DNA of 26,581 nucleotides, from contig JAPVWE010000001.1 of NCBI GenBank assembly GCA_028572035.1, positions 1 to 26,581 of the forward strand, in the 5' to 3' direction. Both the position numbers and the translations under genes were made by a program. This document shows positions 16,349 through 25,122 of this stretch, piece after piece. The notes beneath the pieces are model-generated. The model saw only the letters and a program-made list of their open reading frames with translations, was not told where the DNA came from and did no database searches. Source of the stretch: Desulfobacteraceae bacterium. GTDB lineage: Bacteria; Desulfobacterota; DSM-4660; Desulfatiglandales; B25-G16. Position 1 is the stretch's first letter; every line of letters begins with the position of its first letter.

Positions 16349-17250
16349 TGATGCCATCCCCACCTGCAAATAGGAAATCGAGCTCCCCTTTCCTCAATCA
16401 GGCCACCATTGAAATGTTGGCCCCGGCCAAACTTAATTTGCTGCTGAAGATTACTGGACAGAGGGTTGATGGGTATCACGAGTTAGTGTCCATTCTGGTT
16501 CCCGTGGCTCTGTATGACAAGCTAACGATAAGTAAGGTAGAAAGAGGAATAAAGGTTTATTGGAGTGGCAGGGAGTTGCCCAAGGGCCAAAATAATCTGG
16601 TTAATAAGGCGGCTGTCTCTTTTTTTGAAAAAACGGGAATCAGGAAAGGGACCAAGATCACAGCAATCAAGAGGATACCTCTCGCTTCTGGTCTGGGTGG
16701 TGGCAGTAGTGATGCCGCAGCAACATTGAAAGGACTTAACCAGCTTTGGGGAAACCCTCTCTCAAATGGAGATCTTGAAGGACTTGCCCTCTCTTTAGGC
16801 GCAGATGTGCCATTCTTTCTCCTTCAGAGGCCGGCTTTAGCCAGGGGGATTGGGGAAATACTCGAACCAATAAGAGATTTTCTTTCATTCTGGTATGTTA
16901 TTTTTAGTCCAAATCTCACGGTCTCAACAGCGTGGGCGTACGAAAGAATCAAATTGAAGTTGACAAATAAAGAGATCCAAAATATAATCAAGGATTGCAA
17001 AAAAGCCTTTTTCAATATGTCAGAGCTACTTTCCAACGATCTTGAAAGAGTTACCCTTGGAAAGTACCCTTTTCTTTATTCAATCAAGGATTCCTTAATA
17101 AAGTTAGGTGCTCTGGGTGCATTGATGACTGGTAGTGGCCCGAGCCTCTTTGGCCTTTTTGACTCAGCTAAAAAAGCACATGAGGCTGGTAAGATTCTGG
17201 TCCGCCAATGGCGGAAAGGAGATGTGTTTGTAGTTAAAGGACTGGGGTAG
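16348..17250 (+). CDS. ispE: 4-(cytidine 5'-diphospho)-2-C-methyl-D-erythritol kinase
   Basis: APAKLNL, GHMP kinase loop IPLASGLGGGSSDAA, LGADVPFF, MTGSGPS; TAATG overlap with the upstream stop. Confidence 0.95.
   Translation: MMPSPPANRKSSSPFLNQATIEMLAPAKLNLLLKITGQRVDGYHELVSILVPVALYDKLTISKVERGIKVYWSGRELPKGQNNLVNKAAVSFFEKTGIRKGTKITAIKRIPLASGLGGGSSDAAATLKGLNQLWGNPLSNGDLEGLALSLGADVPFFLLQRPALARGIGEILEPIRDFLSFWYVIFSPNLTVSTAWAYERIKLKLTNKEIQNIIKDCKKAFFNMSELLSNDLERVTLGKYPFLYSIKDSLIKLGALGALMTGSGPSLFGLFDSAKKAHEAGKILVRQWRKGDVFVVKGLG
17201..17215. repeat. 15-nt micro-palindrome inside ispE
   Basis: TCCGCC-AAT-GGCGGA, perfect 6-bp stem, read as VRQWRK near the IspE C-terminus. Confidence 0.5.
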
Positions 17251-17271
17251 AAATGTTTTACAAAAAATAAT

Positions 17272-17374
17272 ATCAAATTCCAAAGCTCAAAGTTCAAATG
17301 AATGTCAAATGACAAATTACAAAAATTGATAGGTTTGTGCTTTATTTGGCCTTTGGATTTTGGAATTTGGCATT
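17272..17374. repeat. Heptamer tandem-repeat hairpin upstream of tRNA-Gln
   Basis: ATCAAAT-TCCAAAG-CTCAAAG-TTCAAAT...GTCAAAT-GACAAAT-TACAAAA faces TTTATTT-GGCCTTT-GGATTTT-GGAATTT-GGCATT. Confidence 0.75.
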
Positions 17375-17381
17375 AAATGAT

Positions 17382-17456
17382 TGGGGTGTCGTCAAGCGGT
17401 AAGACACGGGCCTTTGGAGCCCGCATTCGGAGGTTCGAATCCTCCCACCCCAGCCA
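17382..17456 (+). tRNA. tRNA-Gln (TTG)
   Basis: Full cloverleaf: acceptor TGGGGTG/CACCCCA (U1-A72), D arm GTC..GAC, anticodon stem CGGGC/GCCCG with loop CT-TTG-GA, T arm GGAGG-TTCGAAT-CCTCC, discriminator G, encoded CCA. Usual position between ispE and prs. Confidence 0.98.
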
Positions 17457-17501
17457 AAAAAGAGGACCACTTTTACGTTAGAGGAGCAAAGGGAAGATCC
17501 T

Positions 17502-18452
17502 ATGGAGGAGCTAATTGATAATTTGAAGCTATTTGGTGGTACATCCAACGTAAACCTAACCAGAGAGGTGTGTGATTATCTCAATGTCCTTCCTGGGGAG
17601 ATGGTAAACAAGGTCTTTAGCGATGGAGAGATTCGGGTTGAGATCGACGAAAACGTGAGAGGAATAGACACCTTCATCATTCAGTCCACCAGCAGCCCAG
17701 TTAATGATAACCTAATGCAGCTCCTGATAATAACAGATGCACTCAAAAGGGCCTCTGCCAAAAGCATAACAGCTGTAATCCCTTATTATGGATATGCCAG
17801 GCAGGATAAGAAGGTCAAGCCACGGGTTCCTATAAGTGCAAAGCTCGTAGCTGATCTGATAACCGTGGCTGGGGTGAATCGGGTAATCTCAATTGATCTT
17901 CATGCCGGGCAGATCCAGGGATACTTCAATATTCCTGTGGACAATCTATTCGCAGCACCTATTCTCCTGAATTACATTCGGAAGCATTTTGAAAACAATC
18001 TGGCAATAATTTCTCCTGATGCTGGTGGTGTGGAGAGGGCACGGGCCTTTGCTAAGAGGCTTAATGCCGCTCTGGCTATAATAGATAAGAGAAGAGAGGA
18101 ACCTAATGTTGCCGAGGCCATGAATATAGTTGGGGATGTAAAAGGAAAAACAGCCGTTATTCTTGACGACATGGTTGATACAGCTGGGACGCTGGTCCAG
18201 GCTGCTCATGCATTAATCAGAAATGGGGCAGCACACGTCTACGCCTCCTGCACGCATCCAGTCCTCTCTGGTGATGCTATAGAAAGGATAGAGGAATCGC
18301 CTATAGAGTCACTGGTAGTAACAAATACAATTCAATTAAATCAAAACGCCCCTGAGTATTCCAAGATTAAGGTTGTTTCCGTGGCAGAGATCTTGGGAGA
18401 GGCCATAAAGAGAGTATACTTTTCAAGATCTGTCAGTTCATTATTTGTATGA
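17502..18452 (+). CDS. prs: Ribose-phosphate pyrophosphokinase
   Basis: FSDGEI, PYYGYARQDKK, DLHAGQIQGYF, SPDAGGVERA, PRPP loop ILDDMVDTAGT. Confidence 0.97.
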   Translation: MEELIDNLKLFGGTSNVNLTREVCDYLNVLPGEMVNKVFSDGEIRVEIDENVRGIDTFIIQSTSSPVNDNLMQLLIITDALKRASAKSITAVIPYYGYARQDKKVKPRVPISAKLVADLITVAGVNRVISIDLHAGQIQGYFNIPVDNLFAAPILLNYIRKHFENNLAIISPDAGGVERARAFAKRLNAALAIIDKRREEPNVAEAMNIVGDVKGKTAVILDDMVDTAGTLVQAAHALIRNGAAHVYASCTHPVLSGDAIERIEESPIESLVVTNTIQLNQNAPEYSKIKVVSVAEILGEAIKRVYFSRSVSSLFV

Positions 18453-18502
18453 ATAGCTTGGTTCAAGCAGTTGTAACTCAGATGAGTTATTGGAGGTAAT
18501 AT

Positions 18503-19135
18503 ATGGCTACTATGCAATTAGACACTACAATAAGAACCCAGACAGGTAAAGGCCCGGCCCGGAGGCTGAGAAGTGCGGGCAAGCTTCCCGCCATATTTTA
18601 TGGGCCAAAGACAGACCCCATCATGCTTTCTCTAGATTATGAACAGATCAAGAAGATGCTCAAAGGAAAATCTGCTGAAAGTATAATATTTGATCTAATG
18701 ATAGATTCCGATGAAAAGGGTCAATCCAAAAAAGTCATGATAAAAGAGATACAGAGGGATCCGGTTACAAGGGATTACCTTCATGTAGATCTTTACGAGA
18801 TAGCCATGGAAAAAGAACTAGAGGTAAATATTCCTGTCTATCTCATAAACACACCGATAGGGGTAAGCGAGGGAGGTATTTTGCAGCATATGCGGAGGGA
18901 GTTAGGGGTATTGTGTATGCCAAAAGATCTGGTAGACAAAATAGATGTTGATGTATCTGGTCTTGATATCGGACAGTCACTTCATATAGAGGATATTTCT
19001 TTTCCTCCGGGGTTGAAATCAACAGAAGATTTAAGTCTCACCATTGCCACCGTGGTTGCCCCGACGATAACCGCCGAGGAAGAAGAGGTAGAGGAAACTG
19101 AAGGTGAGGAAATAGAAGGCGAAAAGGAATCTTAA
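18503..19135 (+). CDS. rplY: 50S ribosomal protein L25/general stress protein Ctc
   Basis: GKGPARRLR..GKLPAIFYG, KEIQRDPV..LHVDLY, P.GVSEGG, DVSGLDIG, acidic tail; SD GGAGGT. Confidence 0.96.
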   Translation: MATMQLDTTIRTQTGKGPARRLRSAGKLPAIFYGPKTDPIMLSLDYEQIKKMLKGKSAESIIFDLMIDSDEKGQSKKVMIKEIQRDPVTRDYLHVDLYEIAMEKELEVNIPVYLINTPIGVSEGGILQHMRRELGVLCMPKDLVDKIDVDVSGLDIGQSLHIEDISFPPGLKSTEDLSLTIATVVAPTITAEEEEVEETEGEEIEGEKES

Positions 19136-19139
19136 AGGC

Positions 19140-19730
19140 ATATACCTGATAGTAGGGCTCGGTAATCCAGGTATTCAATACAGAAGCTGTAGACATAACC
19201 TTGGATTTAAGGCGGTTGATCTTTTACGTAAAGAATTAGGCCTTCATTTGTCTGATCAACGCTTTCAAGCCTTAAGCACAAGCACGAATTACCATGATGA
19301 GAAGATAGTATTGGCCTGCCCACAAACCTTTATGAATAGATCCGGTCTTGCAGTTAGACATTTAGTAGAATATTACAAACCAGAGATCAGAAACATAATG
19401 ATTGTCCATGATGATATTGATTTGGATGTTGGTCGCATAAAGATTATCCCCGGAGGGGGGGCAGGAGGTCATCATGGGATAGAGTCTGTGATCTATCATC
19501 TTGGAACAAATGGATTCAACAGGACCAAGATCGGAATAGGGCGGCCAAGATATAATGAACCGATTGAGGGTTTTGTTTTGAATCCCCTGTATGACGATCA
19601 AAAGAAAACAATGAAAGATGTACTTCATGTGGTAATACAGGGCCTTAAGTCATTCATTTTGGATGGAGTGGAGGCGGCAATGAATAACTTCAATTCTTTG
19701 ACCATGAGAAAAAAGGAGGTAGAAAGATAA
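19140..19730 (+). CDS. pth: Peptidyl-tRNA hydrolase (non-canonical start; track ORF from 19248 is truncated)
   Basis: In frame with the track ORF, the upstream sequence reads (I)[22 protein letters not shown]. Also [32 protein letters not shown]. No ATG/GTG/TTG between the in-frame TAG 19113-19115 and 19248. Confidence 0.9.
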   Translation: MYLIVGLGNPGIQYRSCRHNLGFKAVDLLRKELGLHLSDQRFQALSTSTNYHDEKIVLACPQTFMNRSGLAVRHLVEYYKPEIRNIMIVHDDIDLDVGRIKIIPGGGAGGHHGIESVIYHLGTNGFNRTKIGIGRPRYNEPIEGFVLNPLYDDQKKTMKDVLHVVIQGLKSFILDGVEAAMNNFNSLTMRKKEVER

Positions 19731-21799
19731 TGCAAGGTTTAACTATTTACGCACCTTATTTGGGGATACTGGGTTTAATAATTGCCTATTTCATATATGT
19801 TTATGTCAAAAAACATCCCAATGGAAGCCAGGTAATGAAGGATCTGGAGGATATGATCCATTCTGGTGCCATGGCCTTTTTGAAGAAAGAATATTCAGTT
19901 CTATTGTTTTTTATAGCCATTGTTTTTCTTATTCTTGGATATAGTATATCCTGGAGAACGGCTATTGCCTTTGTGACTGGAGCATTTTGCTCTATGTTAG
20001 CTGGCTATTCAGGTATGAGTGCTGCTACCAAAGGTAATTCGCGAACAGCAGATGCCGCTAATAAATATGGGCAGGCTAAGGCCCTTAACATCTCTTACTT
20101 TTCCGGCTCGGTAATGGGCCTTTCCGTAGCCGGTCTTGGTCTCCTTGGGCTTGGTTTCTGGTTCTGGTATTATGGAGGTGACCCAGAAACCGCTCAATAT
20201 ATTAATGGCTTTGCTATGGGAGCAAGCTCAATTGCTCTATTTGCGAGGGTTGGTGGTGGTGTATTCACAAAGGCAGCGGATGTAGGGGCCGATCTGGTAG
20301 GAAAGGTGGAGGCTGGCATCCCTGAGGATGACCCCCGAAACCCCGGGGTTATTGCAGATAATGTGGGTGACAATGTGGGTGATATCGCCGGGATGGGGGC
20401 GGACATATTTGAATCCTATGTTGGCTCTGTAATTGCCACCATCGCAATTGGAGCCACCCTTGTTATCAATACACCGGAGGCCCTTGACGCATTTGTTAAA
20501 GACTTCCCTGTACTGAAAGGTCTGTCCGCCGAGGTCATCAAACTGAAATACATGGCCATGCCCATCCTTGTTGTTATGGCAGGGTTACTGAGCTCCTTTG
20601 CGGGTGTCTTCTCTATCAAGATCTTTCAGGCTGGAAACCCGGCCGGTGCCCTCCGGTATACAACCTTTGTGGCAGCCGGTGTTTTCGTAATCTTGACTGC
20701 TATCATTACAAATTCCATCGGCATGCCCTGGGGAGCATTCTGGGCCATCTTTTCCGGCCTTCTCTGCGGTATCGCAATCGGTCTTTTGGCAGAGTATTAT
20801 ACCTCTGGACCTCCGATCAGGCGTATTGCTCGTCAATCGGTTACTGGCCCTGCTACCGTAATCATAGCTGGTCTTGCCGTGGGTATGCAATCTACCTATC
20901 TCCCCATACTCGGTATCTGTGCGGCCACGTTTATTGGGTTTAAGGCCGCAGGGATTTACGGTATTGGTCTTTCCGCAGTGGGAATGCTGGCAACGGTTGG
21001 TGCCACTATGACCGTCGATGCATATGGACCGATAGCAGACAATGCTGGAGGCATATCAGAAATGTCAGGCCTTGGCCCTGAAACCAGAAAAATCACCGAT
21101 GGGCTTGATGCCCTTGGCAACACTACTGCTGCTATAGGTAAGGGTTTTGCCATAGGTTCTGCTGCATTGACTGCACTGGCCCTATTTGTTGCATATACCC
21201 AGGCAGCGGGTCTAGAAATAATAGATCTTAAAAACCCCATGGTAGTAATAGGTATTTTTGTTGGCGGTATTGTGCCCATGCTTTGTGCAGCCATGACAAT
21301 GACCTCAGTGGGTAAGGCCGCCTTTTCTATTGTGGAAGAGATACGACGTCAGTTCAGGGAAATCCCCGGGCTTCTTGAGGGAAAAGAAGGAGTTAAGCCG
21401 GATCCGGCAACCTGTGTGTCCATCGCAACCGGGGCAGCCCTCAGGAGGATGGTGGGACCAGGTCTGGTTGCTGTTCTTACCCCTGTGGCAGTAGGTTTTC
21501 TCTTGGGAAAGGAGACCCTGGGCGGGATGCTTGTCGGTGCCACGGCCATGGGCGCATTTCTTGCTCTTTTTATGGCCAATGGAGGCGGTGCCTGGGATAA
21601 TGCCAAGAAATACATAGAAGCAGGTAACTTAGGAGGCAAGGGAAGTGATAACCATAAGGCCGCTGTAGTTGGTGATACCGTGGGTGATCCTTTCAAGGAT
21701 ACCTCTGGGCCAGCAATGAATATCTTGATCAAATTAATGTCGGTCGTATCCCTTGTAATGGCACCAGTACTACCTGTGGTTGGTCTATTCTTGAGATAG
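19730..21799 (+). CDS. hppA: Membrane-integral ion-translocating pyrophosphatase, K+-dependent, probably Na+-pumping
   Basis: [67 protein letters not shown] overlap with pth. Confidence 0.95.
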   Translation: MQGLTIYAPYLGILGLIIAYFIYVYVKKHPNGSQVMKDLEDMIHSGAMAFLKKEYSVLLFFIAIVFLILGYSISWRTAIAFVTGAFCSMLAGYSGMSAATKGNSRTADAANKYGQAKALNISYFSGSVMGLSVAGLGLLGLGFWFWYYGGDPETAQYINGFAMGASSIALFARVGGGVFTKAADVGADLVGKVEAGIPEDDPRNPGVIADNVGDNVGDIAGMGADIFESYVGSVIATIAIGATLVINTPEALDAFVKDFPVLKGLSAEVIKLKYMAMPILVVMAGLLSSFAGVFSIKIFQAGNPAGALRYTTFVAAGVFVILTAIITNSIGMPWGAFWAIFSGLLCGIAIGLLAEYYTSGPPIRRIARQSVTGPATVIIAGLAVGMQSTYLPILGICAATFIGFKAAGIYGIGLSAVGMLATVGATMTVDAYGPIADNAGGISEMSGLGPETRKITDGLDALGNTTAAIGKGFAIGSAALTALALFVAYTQAAGLEIIDLKNPMVVIGIFVGGIVPMLCAAMTMTSVGKAAFSIVEEIRRQFREIPGLLEGKEGVKPDPATCVSIATGAALRRMVGPGLVAVLTPVAVGFLLGKETLGGMLVGATAMGAFLALFMANGGGAWDNAKKYIEAGNLGGKGSDNHKAAVVGDTVGDPFKDTSGPAMNILIKLMSVVSLVMAPVLPVVGLFLR

Positions 21800-21810
21800 A
21801 AATATTGTAA

Positions 21811-21837
21811 ACCTCAATCCGCTTGCGGCGGACCTCA
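21811..21837. repeat. Micro-palindrome flanked by a 6-bp direct repeat
   Basis: ACCTCA-[ATCCGCTTGCGGCGG]-ACCTCA; hairpin TCCGC-TTGCG-GCGGA (21818-21832). Confidence 0.6.
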
Positions 21838-21899
21838 TAGAGGAAATATTGTGTTTTCTCGATTGAATATCTAACTACGTAGGGTGAGAGGAGGCAGCA

Positions 21900-22403
21900 A
21901 TGTTTAAGGTAGGGGATTTGGCAGTGTATCCAGCACATGGTGTTGGCGTTATTGAGAGAATTGAAAATAGGAAAATTTCAGGTTGTCAGGAAGATTTCTT
22001 TGTCATGAGAATACTTGAGAACAATATGATTATTATGATCCCGTCTTCAAACGCTGAAAATGTTGGATTAAGACAAATTATAGACCAGAACGAGGTACTA
22101 AAGGTTTACGCCATACTTAAAGAGAGAGAGAGATCTGTAGATGGTAGTCAGACCTGGAACAGACGTTATAGAGATTACATGGATAAGATTAAAAGCGGCT
22201 CTGTCTTTGAGATTGCAGAAGTCTATCGCGACTTAAGTACAATACAACAGGATAAAGAGCTATCCTTTGGAGAAAGAAAGATGTTGGATACAGCCCGAAG
22301 TTTGCTTGTAAAGGAGATCTCCCTTGCTAAGAACATGAAGGAAGAAGATGTGGAAAGAGATATTCAATCGAATCTCTTTGTACAGACCGTGGATAAAGAG
22401 TAA
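21900..22403 (+). CDS. carD: CarD/CdnL family RNA polymerase-binding regulator
   Basis: MFKVGDLAVYPAHGVG, conserved Trp in QTWNRRYR, LSFGERKML..AR..LVKEI; SD GAGGAGG. Confidence 0.93.
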   Translation: MFKVGDLAVYPAHGVGVIERIENRKISGCQEDFFVMRILENNMIIMIPSSNAENVGLRQIIDQNEVLKVYAILKERERSVDGSQTWNRRYRDYMDKIKSGSVFEIAEVYRDLSTIQQDKELSFGERKMLDTARSLLVKEISLAKNMKEEDVERDIQSNLFVQTVDKE

Positions 22404-22427
22404 GGCCTGCGTTAATAGAAAACTGTG

Positions 22428-22594
22428 GTAAACCCCGTTAGAAAGCTTAAAACAAGCTTTAGAACTGACTCAAACTTATTAGTTCTTTCTGCCATAAATG
22501 GTTTACCCCGTTAGATAAAATCAATCAAATGGGACGAACCCTGGATAATATTTCATATCTAACGGGGCGAGGCCTTCTTTCTAACAGGGTAAAC
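22428..22594. repeat. Nested palindromic element (CCCCGTTAGA / TCTAACGGGG family)
   Basis: Outer arms ACCCCGTTAGAAAG (22432-22445) / CTTTCTAACAGGGT (22577-22590), 13 of 14 pairing. Inner arms CCCCGTTAGATA (22506-22517) / TATCTAACGGGG (22556-22567), perfect. Confidence 0.8.
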
Positions 22595-22597
22595 GCC

Positions 22598-23584
22598 GTG
22601 CAGAAAACCTTTATCTTTCATCAATCATCACCAGATATAGATGTAAGGCTTGACAAATTTCTCTCCGCTAACAGAGATGTGGATTTGGCCAGGTCCAGGG
22701 TTCAGAATCTCATTAAGATCGGTGCAGTAACAGTTAATGGTGAGAAGAAAAAGCCTAGTTATCAACTAAGACCTGGCGATAGGATAAGGGTTTCATTTTT
22801 ACCCCCATCGGTCCTTTTTGAGGCATCTGAGAACATAGAGTTCGGTCTTCTTTACGAAGATAACTCGATTTTGGTAGTTAACAAACCTCCAGGTCTGGTA
22901 GTTCATCCTTCTGCTGGCCATCATACAGGAACTCTGGTCCATGGCCTTCTCCGCAAATGTACTAATCTCTCTTCCTTTGGTGGTCCGGTAAGGCCGGGGA
23001 TTGTCCACAGGCTTGATAGAGATACGTCAGGCGTGATGGTAGTAGCTAAGACAGATCGGGCCCACAAATTCTTGGCTCATCAATTCAAAAGAAGGGAGGT
23101 AAAGAAAGAATATCTGGCCCTTGTCCACGGCAACGTAGAAAAAGACAGGGGAATGATGGATTTACCTATCAGGAGGCACCCGGTAAAAAGAAAAGAGATG
23201 CACATCTCCCTTTTAGAGGGTAGAACGGCCATGACCCAGTGGGAGGTCATATCTGTTTTTTCTCTTGGTTTTTCGCTGTTGAAAATAAGCCCCTCTACTG
23301 GTAGAACTCACCAGATAAGAGTTCATATGGCATATATGGGTTATCCGGTAGTAGGTGATGGTGTGTATGGGTACGGAAAAAGATGGTGGAAGCAACAGTC
23401 TTCGATAGTTAAGGAGGCCCTCACGTTGGCAAAAAGGCAGATGCTCCATGCCGAATTATTGGGATTTGTTCATCCTGATTCAATGAGATATGTAGAATTT
23501 CAGGCCCCTCTTCCAATGGATATGGTCTGCCTACTGAAATGGCTAAATGAGAATCAAAAACCAAAAATGCTAAATAACTTGTAA
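22598..23584 (+). CDS. rluD: RluA-family pseudouridine synthase with S4 domain (RluD-like)
   Basis: RLDKFL S4 domain, VVNKPPGLVVHP, catalytic HRLDRDTSG, TGRTHQIRVH, RQMLHA. The track start ATG 22529 lies inside the repeat; GTG 22598 with AGGGT 7 nt upstream is preferred. Confidence 0.9.
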   Translation: MQKTFIFHQSSPDIDVRLDKFLSANRDVDLARSRVQNLIKIGAVTVNGEKKKPSYQLRPGDRIRVSFLPPSVLFEASENIEFGLLYEDNSILVVNKPPGLVVHPSAGHHTGTLVHGLLRKCTNLSSFGGPVRPGIVHRLDRDTSGVMVVAKTDRAHKFLAHQFKRREVKKEYLALVHGNVEKDRGMMDLPIRRHPVKRKEMHISLLEGRTAMTQWEVISVFSLGFSLLKISPSTGRTHQIRVHMAYMGYPVVGDGVYGYGKRWWKQQSSIVKEALTLAKRQMLHAELLGFVHPDSMRYVEFQAPLPMDMVCLLKWLNENQKPKMLNNL

Positions 23585-23590
23585 AATCCC

Positions 23591-23619
23591 TTGACATAAA
23601 GGTATTGGAGCTATATTAT
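23591..23619 (+). promoter_or_regulatory. sigma70 promoter of rho
   Basis: TTGACA (23591-23596), 17 nt spacer, TATTAT (23614-23619). Confidence 0.7.
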
Positions 23620-23862
23620 ATTAGGTGCTCTATACATCCACAAGAAATGCATTCCTTGCTAGATTAAGTTATTAACCCTTTCATCTTTGAAGGTCTGCTT
23701 AACAATCGGCGTTTACTCATAATCTTCAAGAATAAAGAAATTATAGTAGAGTGCCTCGTTTGAGGTTACAGACTGCATTTCTCTTTTTTGCCAAGCTGGC
23801 CAAAAAAGCGGTAAAAGGATAATAATAATAAATATATTCAGATCTATGAGGTATAGTAAGAG

Positions 23863-25110
23863 ATGAACTTACTGGAGCTTAAAGGCAAGAATATAGGTGA
23901 ATTGATAGGTATGGCTAAGACATTCGGAATTGGTGGTGCTGCTGGTATGCGAAAGCAGGATCTCATTTTCTCTCTCTTGCAGGCCCAGACAGAACAAAAT
24001 GGTGTCATTTATGGGGAAGGGGTGTTGGAGATCCTGCCAGATGGCTTTGGTTTTCTCAGGTCACCAGATTCTAACTACCTTCCCGGGCCAGACGATATGT
24101 ATGTCTCGCCATCCCAAATAAGACGATTCACCTTAAGGACAGGAGATACTGTTTCAGGACAGATAAGACCACCAAAGGAAGGGGAAAGATACTTTGCTTT
24201 GCTAAAGGTAGAGCATATCAACTATGACGATCCAGAAGCAGCTGCAGATAAGATACTCTTTGATAATATGACTCCTCTTTACCCGACGGAGCGAATAAGA
24301 CTAGAGTCAGACCCTGATAACCTTTCGACAAGGATCATGGATCTAATGACCCCAATAGGAAAAGGGCAGAGAGGATTGATTGTCTCTCCCCCCAGAACAG
24401 GAAAGACAATGCTTCTTAAAGACATTGCGAACGCAGTTACCGCAAACCATCCGGATATACATAAAATAGTCCTTTTGATTGACGAGAGACCTGAAGAAGT
24501 TACTGATATGGCCCGCTCTGTGGAGGCTGAAGTTATTAGCTCGACCTTTGATGAGCCTCCTCAACGTCATGTGCAGGTAGCTGAGATGGTTATAGAAAAG
24601 TCCAAGAGATTGGTCGAGCATAAAAAGGATGTCCTTATTCTCTTGGACAGCATTACTCGTCTGGCTAGGGCCTATAACACCGTTGTTCCACCAAGTGGCA
24701 AGATATTATCCGGGGGCGTTGATTCAAATGCCCTCCATCGGCCGAAGAGATTTTTCGGGGCCGCCAGGAACCTTGAGGAGGGAGGAAGTCTGACCATAAT
24801 TGCCACCGCCTTGATTGATACGGGGAGCAGAATGGATGAGGTAATCTTTGAAGAGTTCAAAGGTACTGGTAATATGGAGCTCAATCTCGACAGAAAACTG
24901 AGCGACAGGCGAATATTTCCTGCTGTGGACATCAATCGTTCAGGAACAAGGAAGGAGGAACTCTTGATTGAGGAAGAAGATCTCAATCGTATCTGGATCC
25001 TCCGTAAACTCCTTGCCCCTCTTACACAGGTTGATAATATGGAATTCCTATTAGATAAAATACAAGGAACGAAGACCAATAAGGAGTTTTTGGCATCAAT
25101 GAATCAATGA
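23863..25110 (+). CDS. rho: Transcription termination factor Rho
   Basis: GFGFLR, [12 protein letters not shown], [40 protein letters not shown]. Confidence 0.98.
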   Translation: MNLLELKGKNIGELIGMAKTFGIGGAAGMRKQDLIFSLLQAQTEQNGVIYGEGVLEILPDGFGFLRSPDSNYLPGPDDMYVSPSQIRRFTLRTGDTVSGQIRPPKEGERYFALLKVEHINYDDPEAAADKILFDNMTPLYPTERIRLESDPDNLSTRIMDLMTPIGKGQRGLIVSPPRTGKTMLLKDIANAVTANHPDIHKIVLLIDERPEEVTDMARSVEAEVISSTFDEPPQRHVQVAEMVIEKSKRLVEHKKDVLILLDSITRLARAYNTVVPPSGKILSGGVDSNALHRPKRFFGAARNLEEGGSLTIIATALIDTGSRMDEVIFEEFKGTGNMELNLDRKLSDRRIFPAVDINRSGTRKEELLIEEEDLNRIWILRKLLAPLTQVDNMEFLLDKIQGTKTNKEFLASMNQ

Positions 25111-25122
25111 TTTGTGTTTCTT

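Noticed and set aside
19113-19140. Programmed +1 frameshift giving an L25-Pth fusion
   Set aside because: The last rplY codon is TCT before TAA; slipping to CTT would not allow tRNA re-pairing as in the prfB CTT-TGA site. Non-ATG initiation is simpler.
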